A stretch of 64,000 bases of DNA. Source: Euglena gracilis (Eukaryota). Below, piece by piece: positions 1 to 11,515 of this stretch. A program made the translations under genes and the position numbers. The notes beneath the pieces are model-generated. The model ran no database searches, was not told the DNA's origin, and saw only the letters and a list, made by a program, of their open reading frames with translations. The stretch is taken from contig CP154954.1 in assembly GCA_039621445.1 (NCBI GenBank), positions 35,015,703-35,079,702 on the forward strand. The letters are read 5' to 3'. How positions within the stretch are numbered: the first letter of the stretch is position 1; the number at the start of each line of letters is the position of its first letter.

Positions 1-1574
1 GGCCTCCAAAGTCAGGGGACCCGTTGGTTTCATGATTGTCGTGGTTTAATGGTAAGGAAAACATGCAGCGGGAATGTTGGTTGCAAGAAATGAGCAGATT
101 TAGATGGGTGCATTCGACCATTCCGGGGGACATTTACCAGGTCAGCCCAGGTTACCATGTAAAAATGGACCAAATTGGGCATTACTCCGAGTTACCGAAT
201 GGTGTTCCAGGAGGCCTCCGAAGTCAGGGGACCCGTTGGTTTCATGATTGTCGTGGTTTAATGGTAAGGAAAACATGCAGCGGGAATGTTGGTTGCAAGA
301 AATGAGCAGATTTAGATGGGTGCATTCGACCATTCCGGGGGACATTTACCAGGTCAGCCCAGGTTACCATGTAAAAATGGACCAAATTGGGCCTTACTCC
401 GAGTTACTGAATGGGTGTTCCAGTAGGCCTCCAAAGTCAGGGGACCCGTTGGTTTCATGATTGTCGTGGTTTAATGGTAAGAAAAACATACAGCCGGAAG
501 GTTGGTTGCAAGAAATGAGCAGATTTAGATGGGTGCATTCGACCATTCCGGGGGACATTTACCAGGTCAGCCCAGGTTACCATGTAAAAATGGACCAAAT
601 TGGGCCTTACTCCGAGTCACAGAATGGGTGTTCCAGGAGGCCTCCAAAGTCAGGGGACCCGTTGGTTTCATGATTGTCGTGGTTTAATGGTAAAAAAAAC
701 ACGCAGCCGGAAGGTTGGTTGCAAGAAATGAGCAGATTTAGATGAATGCATTCGACCATTCCGTAGGGACATTTACCAGGTCAGCCCAGGTTACCATGTA
801 AAAATGGACCAAATTGGGCCTTACTCCGAGTTACCGAATGGGTGTTCCAGGAGGCCTCCAAAGTCAGGGGACCCGTTGGTTTCATGATTGTCGTGGTTTC
901 ATGGTAAGAAAAACATGCAGAAGGAAGGTTGGTTGCAAGAAATGAGACGCCTTTGATGGGTGAATTCGACCATTCCGGGGACATTTACCAGGTCAGCCCA
1001 GGTTACCATAAAAAAAATGAACCAAATGGGGCGTAACACCGTATATCCGAATGGGTGTCCCAGGAGGCCTCCAAAGTCAGGGGACCCGTTGGTTTCATGA
1101 TTGTCGTGGTTTAATGGTAAGAAAAACATGCAGCGGAAGGTGGTTGCAAGAATGAGCACATTAGATGGGTGCATTCGACCATTCCGGGGGACATTTACCA
1201 GGTCAGCCCAGGTTACCATGTAAAAATGGACCAAATTGGGCCTTACTCCGAGTAACCGAATGGGTGTTCCAGGAGGCCTCCAAAGTCAGGGGACCCGTTG
1301 GTTTCATGATTGTCGTGGTTTAATGGTAAGAAAAACATGCAGCCGGAAGGTTGGTTGCAAGAAATGAGCACATTTAGATGGGTGCATTCGACCATTCCGG
1401 GGGACATTTACCAGGTCAGCCCAGGTTACCATGTAAAAATGGACCAAATTGGGCCTTACTCGGAGTAACCGAATGGGTGTTCCAGGAGGCTTCCAAAGTC
1501 AGGGGACCCGTTGGTTTCATGATTGTCGTGGTTTATGGTAAGAAAAACATGCAGCGGGAATGTTGGTTGCAAGA
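1..1574 (+). repeat. 213-bp tandem satellite, subfamily A (about 7 monomers)
   Basis: Head-to-tail repeats of ...ggcctccaaagtcaggggacccgttggtttcatgattgtcgtggtttaatggtaagaaaaacatgcagc... with a 213-bp period (repeat ORFs at 248 and 461). Confidence 0.97.
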
Positions 1575-4500
1575 TACGAGCACATTTAGATGGTGCATTC
1601 GACCATTTCGGTGGACATGTGCCAGGACTGCCCAGGTCACGGTGTCCAAAGGGTCCAAAGTAGGCCTAATTCCGAGTAACCGAATGGGGGTTCAAGGAGG
1701 CCCCCAAAGCCAAGGCACCTTTGGGTTTCCAGTTTGTCGTGGTCTAATGGTAAGAAAAACATGCAGCGGGAATGTTGGTTGCAAGATACGAGCACATTTA
1801 GATGGGTGCATTCGACCATTTCGGTGGACATGTGCCAGGACTGCCCAGGTCACGGTGTCCAAAGGGTCCAAAGTAGGCCTAATTCCGAGTAACCGAATGG
1901 GGGTTCAAGGAGGCCCCCAAAGCCAAGGCACCTTTGGGTTTCAAGTTTGTCGTGGTCTAAGGGTAAGAAAAACATTCAGCGGGAATGTTGGTTGCAAGAT
2001 ACGAGCACGTTAGGTGGGTGCATTCGACCATTTCGCTGGACATGTGCCAGGACTGCCCAGGTCACGGTGTCCAAACGGTCCAAAGTAGGCCTAATTACCA
2101 GTAACCGAGTGCGGGTTCAAGGAGGCCCCCAAAGCCAAGGCACCTTTGGGTTTCAAGTTTGTCGTGGTCTAATGGTAAGAAAAACATGCAGCGGGAATGT
2201 TGGTTGCAAGATACGAGCACGTTTAGATGGGTGCATTCGACCATTTCGCTGGACATGTGCCAGGACTGCCCAGGTCACGGTGTCCAAAGGGTCCAAAGTA
2301 GGCCTAACTCCGAGTAACCGAATGGGGGTTCAAGGAGGCCCCCAAAGCCAAGGCACCTTTGGGTTTCCAGTTTGTCGTGGTCTAATGGTAAGTAAAACAT
2401 GCAGCGGGAATGTTGGTTGCAAGATACGAGCACGTTAGGTGGGTGCATTCGACCATTTCGCTGGACATGTGCCAGGACTGCCCAGGTCACGGTGTCCAAA
2501 GGGTCCAAAGTAGGCCTAATTACCAGTAACCGAGTGCGGGTTCAAGGAGGCCCCCAAAGCCAAGGCACCTTTGGGTTTCAAGTTTGTCGTGGTCTAAGGG
2601 TAAGAAACACATGCAGCGGGAATGTTGGTTGCAAGATACGAGCACGTTTAGATGGGTGCATTCGACCATTTCGCTGGACATGTGCCAGGACTGCCCAGGT
2701 CACGGTGTCCAAAGGGTCCAAAGTAGGCCTAACTCCGAGTAACCGAATGGGGGTTCAAGGAGGCCCCCAAAGCCAAGGCACCTTTGGGTTTCCAGTTTGT
2801 CGTGGTCTAATGGTAAGTAAAACATGCAGCGGGAATGTTGGTTGCAAGATACGAGCACATTTGGATGGGTGCAATCGACCATTTCGGTGGACACGAGCCA
2901 GGACTGCCCAGGTCACGGTGTCCAAAGGGTCCAAAGTAGGCCTAATTCCGAGTAACCGAATGGGGGTTCAAGGAGGCCCCCAAAGCCAAGGCACCTTTGT
3001 GTTTCCAGTTTGTCGTGGTCTAAGGGTAAGAAAAACATGCAGCGGGAATGTTGGTTGCAAGATACGAGCACGTTTAGATGGGTGCATTCGACCATTTCGC
3101 TGGACATGTGCCAGGACTGCCCAGGTCACGGTGTCCAAAGGGTCCAAAGTAGGCCTAATTACCAGTAACCGAGTGCGGTTCAAGGAGGCCCCCAAAGCCA
3201 AGGGACCTTTTGGTTTCCAGTTTGTCGTGGTCTAATGGTAAGTAAAACATGCAGCGGGAATGTTGGTTGCAAGGTACGAGCACGTTTAGGTGGGTGCATT
3301 CGACCATTTCCCTGGACATGTGCCAGGACTGCCCAGGTCACGGTGTCCAAAGGGTCCAAAGTAGGCCTAACTCCGAGTAACCGAATGGGGGTTCAAGGAG
3401 GCCCCCAAAGCCAAGGCACCGTTGGGTTTCAAGTTTGTCGTGGTCTAATGGTAAGTAAAACATGCAGCGGGAATGTTGGTTGCAAGGTACGAGCACGTTT
3501 AGATGGGTGCATTCGACCATTTCGCTGGACACGTGCCAGGACTGCCCAGGTCACGGTGTCCAAAGGGTCCAAAGTAGGCCTAACTCCGAGTAACCGAATG
3601 GGGGTTCAAGGAGGCCCCCAAAGCCAAGGCACCGTTGGGTTTCAAGTTTGTCGTGGTCTAAGGGTAAGAAACACATGCAGCGGGAATGTTGGTTGCAAGA
3701 TACGAGCACGTTTAGATGGGTGCATTCGACCATTTCGCTGGACATGTGCCAGGACTGCCCAGGTCACGGTGTCCAAAGGGTCCAAAGTAGGCCTAGCTCC
3801 GAGTAACCGAATGGGGGTTCAAGGAGGCCCCCAAAGCCAAGGCACCTTTGGGTTTCCAGTTTGTCGTGGTCTAATGGTAAGTAAAACATGCAGCGGGAAT
3901 GTTGGTTGCAAGATACGAGAATGTTGGTTGCAAGATACGAGACATTTGGATGGGTTTCAAGTTTGTCGTGGTCTAAGGGTAAGAAACACATGCAGCGGGA
4001 ATGTTGGTTGCAAGATACGAGCACATTAGGTGGGTGCATTCGACCATTTCGCTGGACATGTGCTAGGACTGCACAGGTCAGGGTGTCCAAAGGGTCCAAA
4101 GTAGGCCTAATTACCAGTAACCGAGTGCGGGTTCAAGGAGGCCCCCAAAGCCAAGGGACCTTTGGGTTTCAAGTTTGTCGTGGTCTAAGGGTAAGAAAAA
4201 CATGCAGCGGGAATGTTGGTTGCAAGATACGAGCACGTTTAAATGGGTGCATTCGACCATTTCGGTGGACATGTGCCAGGACTGCCCAGGTCACGGTGTC
4301 CAAAGGGTCCAAAGTAGGCCTAACTCCGAGTAACCGAATGGGGGTTCAAGGAGGCCCCCAAAGCCAAGGCACCGTTGGGTTTCAAGTTTGTCGTGGTCTA
4401 AGGGTAAGAAACACATGCAGCGGGAATGTTGGTTGCAAGATACGAGCACGTTTAGATGGGTGCATTCGACCATTTCGCTGGACATGTGCCAGGACTGCCC

Positions 4501-7500
4501 AGGTCACGGTGTCCAAAGGGTCCAAAGTAGGCCTAACTCCGAGTAACCGAATGGGGGTTCAAGGAGGCCCCCAAAGCCAAGGCACCTTTGGGTTTCCAGT
4601 TTGTCGTGGTCTAATGGTAAGTAAAACATGCAGCGGGAATGTTGGTTGCAAGATACGAGAACATTTGGTTGGGTGCATTCGACCATTTCGCTGGACATGT
4701 GCCAGGACTGCCCAGGTCACGGTGTCCAAAGGGTCCAAAGTAGGCCTAACTCCGAGTAACCGAATGGGGGTTCAAGGAGGCCCCCAAAGCCAAGGCACCT
4801 TTGGGTTTCCAGTTTGTCGTGGTCTAATGGTAAGAAAAACATGCAGCGGGAATGTTGGTTGCAAGATACGAGCACGTTTAGATGGGTGCATTCGACCATT
4901 TCGGTGGACATGTGCCAGGACTGCCCAGGTCACGGTGTCCAAAGGGTCCAAAGTAGGCCTAATTCCGAGTAACCGAATGGGGTTCAAGGAGGCCCCCAAA
5001 GCCAAGGGACCTTTGGGTTTCCAGTTTGTCGTGGTCTAATGGTAATAAAAAACATGCAGCGGGAATGTTGGTTGCAAGATACGAGCACATTTAGATGGGT
5101 GCATTCGACCATTTCGGTGGACATGTGCCAGGACTGCCCAGGTCACGGTGTCCAAAGGGTCCAAAGTAGGCCTAATTCCGAGTAACCGAATGGGGGTTCA
5201 AGGAGGCCCCCAAAGCCAAGGCACCTTTGGGTTTCAAGTTTGTCGTGGTCTAATGGTAAGAAAAACATGCAGCGGGAATGTTGGTTGCAAGATACGAGCA
5301 CGTTTAGATGGGTGCATTCGACCATTTCGCTGGACATGTGCCAGGACTGCCCAGGTCACGGTGTCCAAAGGGTCCAAAGTAGGCCTAATCCCGAGTAACC
5401 GAATGGGGGTTCAAGGAGGCCCCCAAAGCCAAGGCACCTTTGGGTTTCCAGTTTGTCGTGGTCTAATGGTAAGAAAAACATGCAGCGGGAATGTTGGTTG
5501 CAAGATACGAGAACATTTGGATGGGTGCATTCGACCATTTCGGTGGACATGTGCCAGGACTGCCCAGGTCACGGTGTCCAAAGGGTCCAAAGTAGGCCTA
5601 ATTCCGAGTAACCGAATGGGGGTTCAAGGAGGCCCCAAAGCCAAGGCACCTTTGGGTTTCCAGTTTGTCGTGGTCTAATGGTAAGAAAAACATGCAGCGG
5701 GAATGTTGGTTGCAAGATACGAGCACATTTCGGTGGACATGTGCCAGGACTGCCCAGGTCACGGTGTCCAAAGGGTCCAAAGTAGGCCTAATTCCGAGTA
5801 ACCGAATGGGGGTTCAAGGAGGCCCCCAAAGCCAAGGCACCTTTGGGTTTCCAGTTTGTCGTGGTCTAATGGTAAGAAAAACATGCAGCGGGAATGTTGG
5901 TTGCAAGATACGAGAACATTTGGATGGGTGCAATCGACCATTTCGGTGGACATGTGCCAGGACTGCCCAGGTCACGGTGTCCAAAGGGTCCAAAGTAGGC
6001 CTAATTCCGAGTAACCGAATGGGGGTTCAAGGAGGCCCCCAAAGCCAAGGCACCTTTGGGTTTCCAGTTTGTCGTGGTCTAATGGTAAGAAAAAAACATG
6101 CAGCGGGAATGTTGGTTGCAAGATACGAGCACATTTAGATGGGTGCATTCGACCATTTCGGTGGACATGTGCCAGGACTGCCCAGGTCACGGTGTCCAAA
6201 GGGTCCAAAGTAGGCCTAATTCCGAGTAACCGAATGGGGGTTCAAGGAGGCCCCCAAAGCCAAGGCACCTTTGGGTTTCCAGTTTGTCGTGGTCTAATGG
6301 TAAGAAAAACATGCAGCGGGAATGTTGGTTGCAAGATACGAGCACATTAGATGGGTGCATTCGACCATTTCGGTGGACATGTGCCAGGACTGCCCAGGTC
6401 ACGGTGTCCAAAGGGTCCAAAGTAGGCCTAATCCGAGTAACCGAATGGGGGTTCAAGGAGGCCCCCAAAGCCAAGGCACCTTTGGGTTTCCAGTTTGTCG
6501 TGGTCTAATGGTAAGAAAAACATGCAGCGGGAATGTTGGTTGCAAGATACGAGCACATTTAGATGGGTGCATTCGACCATTTCGGTGGACATGTGCCAGG
6601 ACTGCCCAGGTCACGGTGTCCAAAGGGTCCAAAGTAGGCCTAATTCCGAGTAACCGAATGGGGGTTCAAGGAGGCCCCCAAAGCCAAGGCACCTTTGGGT
6701 TTCAAGTTTGTCGTGGTCTAAGGGTAAGAAAAACATGCAGCGGGAATGTTGGTTGCAAGATACGAGCACATTTAGATGGGTGCATTCGACCATTTCGGTG
6801 GACATGTGCCAGGACTGCCCAGGTCACGGTGTCCAAAGGGTCCAAAGTAGGCCTAATCCGAGTAACCGAATGGGGGTTCAAGGAGGCCCCCAAAGCCAAG
6901 GCACCTTTGGGTTTCCAGTTTGTCGTGGTCTAATGGTAAGAGAAACATGCAGCGGGAATGTTGGTTGCAAGATACGAGAACATTTAGATGGGTGCATTCG
7001 ACCATTTCGGTGGACATGTGCCAGGACTGCCCAGGTCACGGTGTCCAAAGGGTCCAAAGTAGGCCTAATTCCGAGTAACCGAATGGGGGTTCAAGGAGGC
7101 CCCCAAAGCCAAGGCACCTTTGGGTTTCCAGTTTGTCGTGGTCTAATGGTAAGAAAAACATGCAGCGGGAATGTTGGTTGCAAGATACGAGCACATTTAG
7201 ATGGGTGCATTCGACCATTTCGGTGGACATGTGCCAGGACTGCCCAGGTCACGGTGTCCAAAGGGTCCAAAGTAGGCCTAATTCCGAGTAACCGAATGGG
7301 GGTTCAAGGAGGCCCCCAAAGCCAAGGCACCTTTGGGTTTCCAGTTTGTCGTGGTCTAATGGTAAGTAAAACATGCAGCGGGAATGTTGGTTGCAAGATA
7401 CGAGCACATTTGGATGGGTGCAATCGACCATTTCGGTGGACACGTGCCAGGACTGCCCAGGTCACGGTGTCCAAAGGGTCCAAAGTAGGCCTAATTCCGA

Positions 7501-10500
7501 ATAACCGAATGGGGGTTCAAGGAGGCTCCAAAGCCAAGGCACCTTTGGGTTTCCAGTTTGTCGTGGTCTAATGGTAAGAAAAACATGCAGCGGGAATGTT
7601 GGTTGCAAGATACGAGCACATTTGGATGGGTGCATTCGACCATTTCGGTGGACACGTGCCAGGACTGCCCAGGTCACGGTGTCCAAAGGGTCCAAAGTAG
7701 GCCTAATTCCGAGTAACCGAATGGGGGTTCAAGGAGGCCCCCAAAGCCAAGGCACCTTTGGGTTTCCAGTTTGTCGTGGTCTAATGGTAAGAAAAAAACA
7801 TGCAGCGGGAATGTTGGTTGCAAGATACGAGAACATTTGGATGGGTGCAATCGACCATTTCGGTGGACACGTGCCAGGACTGCCCAGGTCACGGTGTCCA
7901 AAGGGTCCAAAGTAGGCCTAATTCCGAATAACCGAATGGGGGTTCAAGGAGGCTCCCAAAGCCAAGGCACCTTTGGGTTTCAAGTTTGTCGTGGTCTAAT
8001 GGTAAGAAAAACATGCAGCGGGAATGTTGGTTGCAAGATACGAGCACATTTGGATGGTTGCTTTCGACCATTTCGGTGGACATGTGCCAGGACTGCCCAG
8101 GTCACGGTGTCCAAAGGGTCCAAAGTAGGCCTAGCTCCGAGTAACCGAATGGGGGTTCAAGGAGGCCCCCAAAGCCAAGGCACCTTTGGGTTTCAAGTTT
8201 GTCGTGGTCTAAGGGTAAGAAAAACATGCAGCGGGAATGTTGGTTGCAAGATACGAGCACGTTTAGATGGGTGCATTCGACCATTTCGCTGGACATGTGC
8301 CAGGACTGCCCAGGTCACGGTGTCCAAAGGGTCCAAAGTAGGCCTAATTACCAGTAACCGAATGGGGGTTCAAGGAGGCCCCCAAAGCCAAGGGACCTTT
8401 GGGTTTCAAGTTTGTCGTGGTCTAAGGGTAAGAAAAACATGCAGCAGGAATGTTGGTTGCAAGATACGAGCACGTTTAAATGGGTGCATTCGACCATTTC
8501 GGTGGACATGTGCCAGGACTGCCCAGGTCACGGTGTCCAAAGGGTCCAAAGTAGGCCTAATTCCGAGTAACCGAATGGGGGTTCAAGGAGGCCCCCAAAG
8601 CCAAGGCACCTTTGGGTTTCCAGTTTGTCGTGGTCTAATGGTAAGAAAAACATGCAGCGGGAATGTTGGTTGCAAGATACGAGCACGTTTAGATGGGTGC
8701 ATTCGACCATTTCGGTGGACATGTGCCAGGACTGCCCAGGTCACGGTGTCCAAAGGGTCCAAAGTAGGCCTAACTCCGAGTAACCGAATGGGGGTTCAAG
8801 GAGGCCCCCAAAGCCAAGGCACCTTTGGGTTTCCAGTTTGTCGTGGTCTAATGGTAAGAAAAACATGCAGCGGGAATGTTGGTTGCAAGATACGAGAACA
8901 TTTGGATGGGTGCAATCGACCATTTCGGTGGACACGTGCCAGGACTGCCCAGGTCACGGTGTCCAAGGGGTCCAAAGTAGGCCTAATTCCGAATAACCGA
9001 ATGGGGGTTCAAGGAGGCTCCCAAAGCCAAGGCACCTTTGGGTTTCCAGTTTGTCGTGGTCTAATGGTAAGAAAAACATGCAGCGGGAATGTTGGTTGCA
9101 AGATACGAGCACATTTGGATGGTTGCTTTCGACCATTTCGGTGGACATGTGCCAGGACTGCCCAGGTCACGGTGTCCAAAGGGTCCAAAGTAGGCCTAAC
9201 TCCGAGTAACCGAATGGGGGTTCAAGGAGGCCCCCAAAGCCAAGGCACCTTTGGGTTTCAAGTTTGTCGTGGTCTAAGGGTAAGAAAAACATGCAGCGGG
9301 AATGTTGGTTGCAAGATACGAGCACGTTTAGATGGGTGCATTCGACCATTTCGCTGGACATGTGCCAGGACTGCCCAGGTCACGGTGTCCAAAGGGTCCA
9401 AAGTAGGCCTAATCCCGAGTAACCGAATGGGGGTTCAAGGAGGCCCCCAAAGCCAAGGCACCTTTGGGTTTCCAGTTTGTCGTGGTCTAATGGTAAGAAA
9501 AACATGCAGCGGGAATGTTGGTTGCAAGATACGAGCACATTTAGATGGGTGCAGTCGACCATTTCGGTGGACACGTGCCAGGACTGCCCAGGTCACGGTG
9601 TCCAAAGGGTCCAAAGTAGGCCTAATTACCAGTAACCGAGTGCGGGTTCAAGGAGGCCCCCAAAGCCAAGGGACCTTTGGGTTTCCAGTTTGTCGTGGTC
9701 TAATGGTAAGTAAAACATGCAGCGGGAATGTTGGTTGCAAGATACGAGCACATTTGGATGGTTGCTTTCGACCATTTCGGTGGACATGTGCCAGGACTGC
9801 CCAGGTCACGGTGTCCAAAGGGTCCAAAGTAGGCCTAACTCCGAGTAACCGAATGGGGGTTCAAGGAGGCCCCCAAAGCCAAGGCACCTTTGGGTTTCAA
9901 GTTTGTCGTGGTCTAAGGGTAAGAAAAACATGCAGCGGGAATGTTGGTTGCAAGATACGAGCACGTTTAGATGGGTGCATTCGACCATTTCGCTGGACAT
10001 GTGCCAGGACTGCCCAGGTCACGGTGTCCAAAGGGTCCAAAGTAGGCCTAATTACCAGTAACCGAGTGCGGGTTCAAGGAGGCCCCCAAAGCCAAGGGAC
10101 CTTTGGGTTTCCAGTTTGTCGTGGTCTAATGGTAAGTAAAACATGCAGCGGGAATGTTGGTTGCAAGATACGAGAACATTTGGATGGGTGCAATCGACCA
10201 TTTCGGTGGACACGTGCCAGGACTGCCCAGGTCACGGTGTCCAAAGGGTCCAAAGTAGGCCTAATTCCGAATAACCGAATGGGGGTTCAAGGAGGCTCCC
10301 AAAGCCAAGGGACCTTTGGGTTTCCAGTTTGTCGTGGTCTAATGGTAAGAAAAACATGCAGCGGGAATGTTGGTTGCAAGATACGAGAACATTTGGATGG
10401 GTGCAATCGACCATTTCGGTGGACATGTGCCAGGACTGCCCAGGTCACGGTGTCCAAAGGGTCCAAAGTAGGCCTAATTCCGAGTAACCGAATGGGGGTT

Positions 10501-10769
10501 CAAGGAGGCCCCCAAAGCCAAGGCACCTTTGGGTTTCAAGTTTGTCGTGGTCTAATGGTAAGAAAAACATGCAGCGGGAATGTTGGTTGCAAGATACGAG
10601 AACATTTGGATGGGTGCAATCGACCATTTCGGTGGACATGTGCCAGGACTGCCCAGGTCACGGTGTCCAAAGGGGCCAAAGTAGGCCTAATTCCGAATAA
10701 CCGAATGGGGGTTCAAGGAGGCCCCCAAAGCCAAGGGACCTTTGGGTTTCCAGTTTGTCGTGGTCTAAT
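1575..10769 (+). repeat. 213-bp tandem satellite, subfamily B (about 43 monomers)
   Basis: Same period and co-linear with A, but with diagnostic substitutions (aagatacgagc, catttcggtggacatgtgccaggactgccc, gtccaaagggtccaaagtagg, cccccaaagccaaggcacc). I count about 33 substitutions in 213 bp versus A by hand. The left boundary is approximate because it lies in a block shared by A and B. Confidence 0.95.
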
Positions 10770-11203
10770 TGTGTACCAGGCAGCATGAACATGGCACTGT
10801 GCATAGCAGCAATCTGCAGAATGTACAGTGGCATGCCAGATAGTATCATCCCAGGTTCTGCAATACAAATTGCAGAATTAGGAATGGCCTATCCTATCTC
10901 GGATCTGCCTTCTCTTTTCACAGGTGGTATTATTTTATTCCATTCTGGTCTTTGATTCAAGACTTGAGTTTCAAGTTGGATTTTTCTGATTTGAAGTCCT
11001 GAAAGGACAGCCAAGAACTTGGCATCGATTTCCGTAGCCCATAGGGCTCCTCCACCTGCCTTGTGCTCTGCATAAGCCCAAAGACAATAAAAACTAATAG
11101 TTAAGTGAAAGACTTTCTTTTTTGTTACTCTCCTGGTTCTGTTCCCACGGGAGGGTGTAAGTAGGCCGACAGGCAGTGGGAATAGAGTCAGGGGACGTAC
11201 ACT
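10770..11203 (+). mobile_element. LTR (434 bp) of a truncated retrotransposon related to the 16.7-kb element
   Basis: Starts TGTGTACCAGGCA and ends GGACGTACACT, as do the LTRs of the full element read on the minus strand. Co-linear shared blocks: tcacaggtggtatt, ttgtgctctgc, ttttgttactc, taagtagg. Followed immediately by a TGGTAGCAG PBS. Confidence 0.85.
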
Positions 11204-11230
11204 TGGTAGCAGTTTAGGTTTTTCGATCCT
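11204..11230 (+). promoter_or_regulatory. Primer-binding site (tRNA-iMet type) of the truncated element
   Basis: TGGTAGCAGTTTAGGTTTTTCGATCC directly after the LTR. Its reverse complement resembles the initiator tRNA-Met 3' end (GGAUCGAAA...UGCUACCA). Confidence 0.75.
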
Positions 11231-11433
11231 TTTGACCGCAAACGGTCGTGTGGTGCCCCGCCTATAGGCGACCACAGGCACTACAAGCCGTTTCCGGCCA
11301 AAGCCGTACGCACGGACACGTCCTCTGACGGTTCGCAGTATACGCTGCTTCAAACCTCAGAGTTCGGGTCTCTGCTTATTTTTTTATACTATCCCCTCTT
11401 TTTGCACTTGTTCCTGCATTTTACCCCACAATC

Positions 11434-11454
11434 TACACTTGGTAGCAGATTAGG
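11434..11454 (+). promoter_or_regulatory. Second LTR-end/PBS-like motif
   Basis: TACACT-TGGTAGCAGATTAGG repeats the LTR-end/PBS junction about 235 bp downstream of the first one. Confidence 0.6.
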
Positions 11455-11515
11455 TTTCTTTCCTACGCCCCTTCTCCCCCCTCAGCTAAACAGGTGACTT
11501 CAAACAGTGAGTGGT

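Noticed and set aside
30-130. Satellite monomer as a tRNA, 5S or SINE-derived gene array (gtggtttaatggtaag resembles a Pol III A box, attcgacc a weak B box)
   Set aside because: I could build no cloverleaf or 5S structure and the B box does not fit GTTCRANNC. An Infernal/Rfam search would settle it.
3900-5740. Truncated or partially duplicated B monomers (about 3915-3960, and a deletion of about 22 bp at about 5730 between two cattt copies)
   Set aside because: These are ordinary microhomology slippage or assembly noise within a tandem array.
7771-10788. 1005-aa ORF and other long ORFs made of 71-aa repeats in satellite B
   Set aside because: 213 is a multiple of 3 and one frame happens to lack stops. 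Variation between monomers is mostly amino-acid changing (I/T/A, P/Q, M/R, A/E, H/R, C/R) and indels break the frame repeatedly, so there is no sign of coding constraint.
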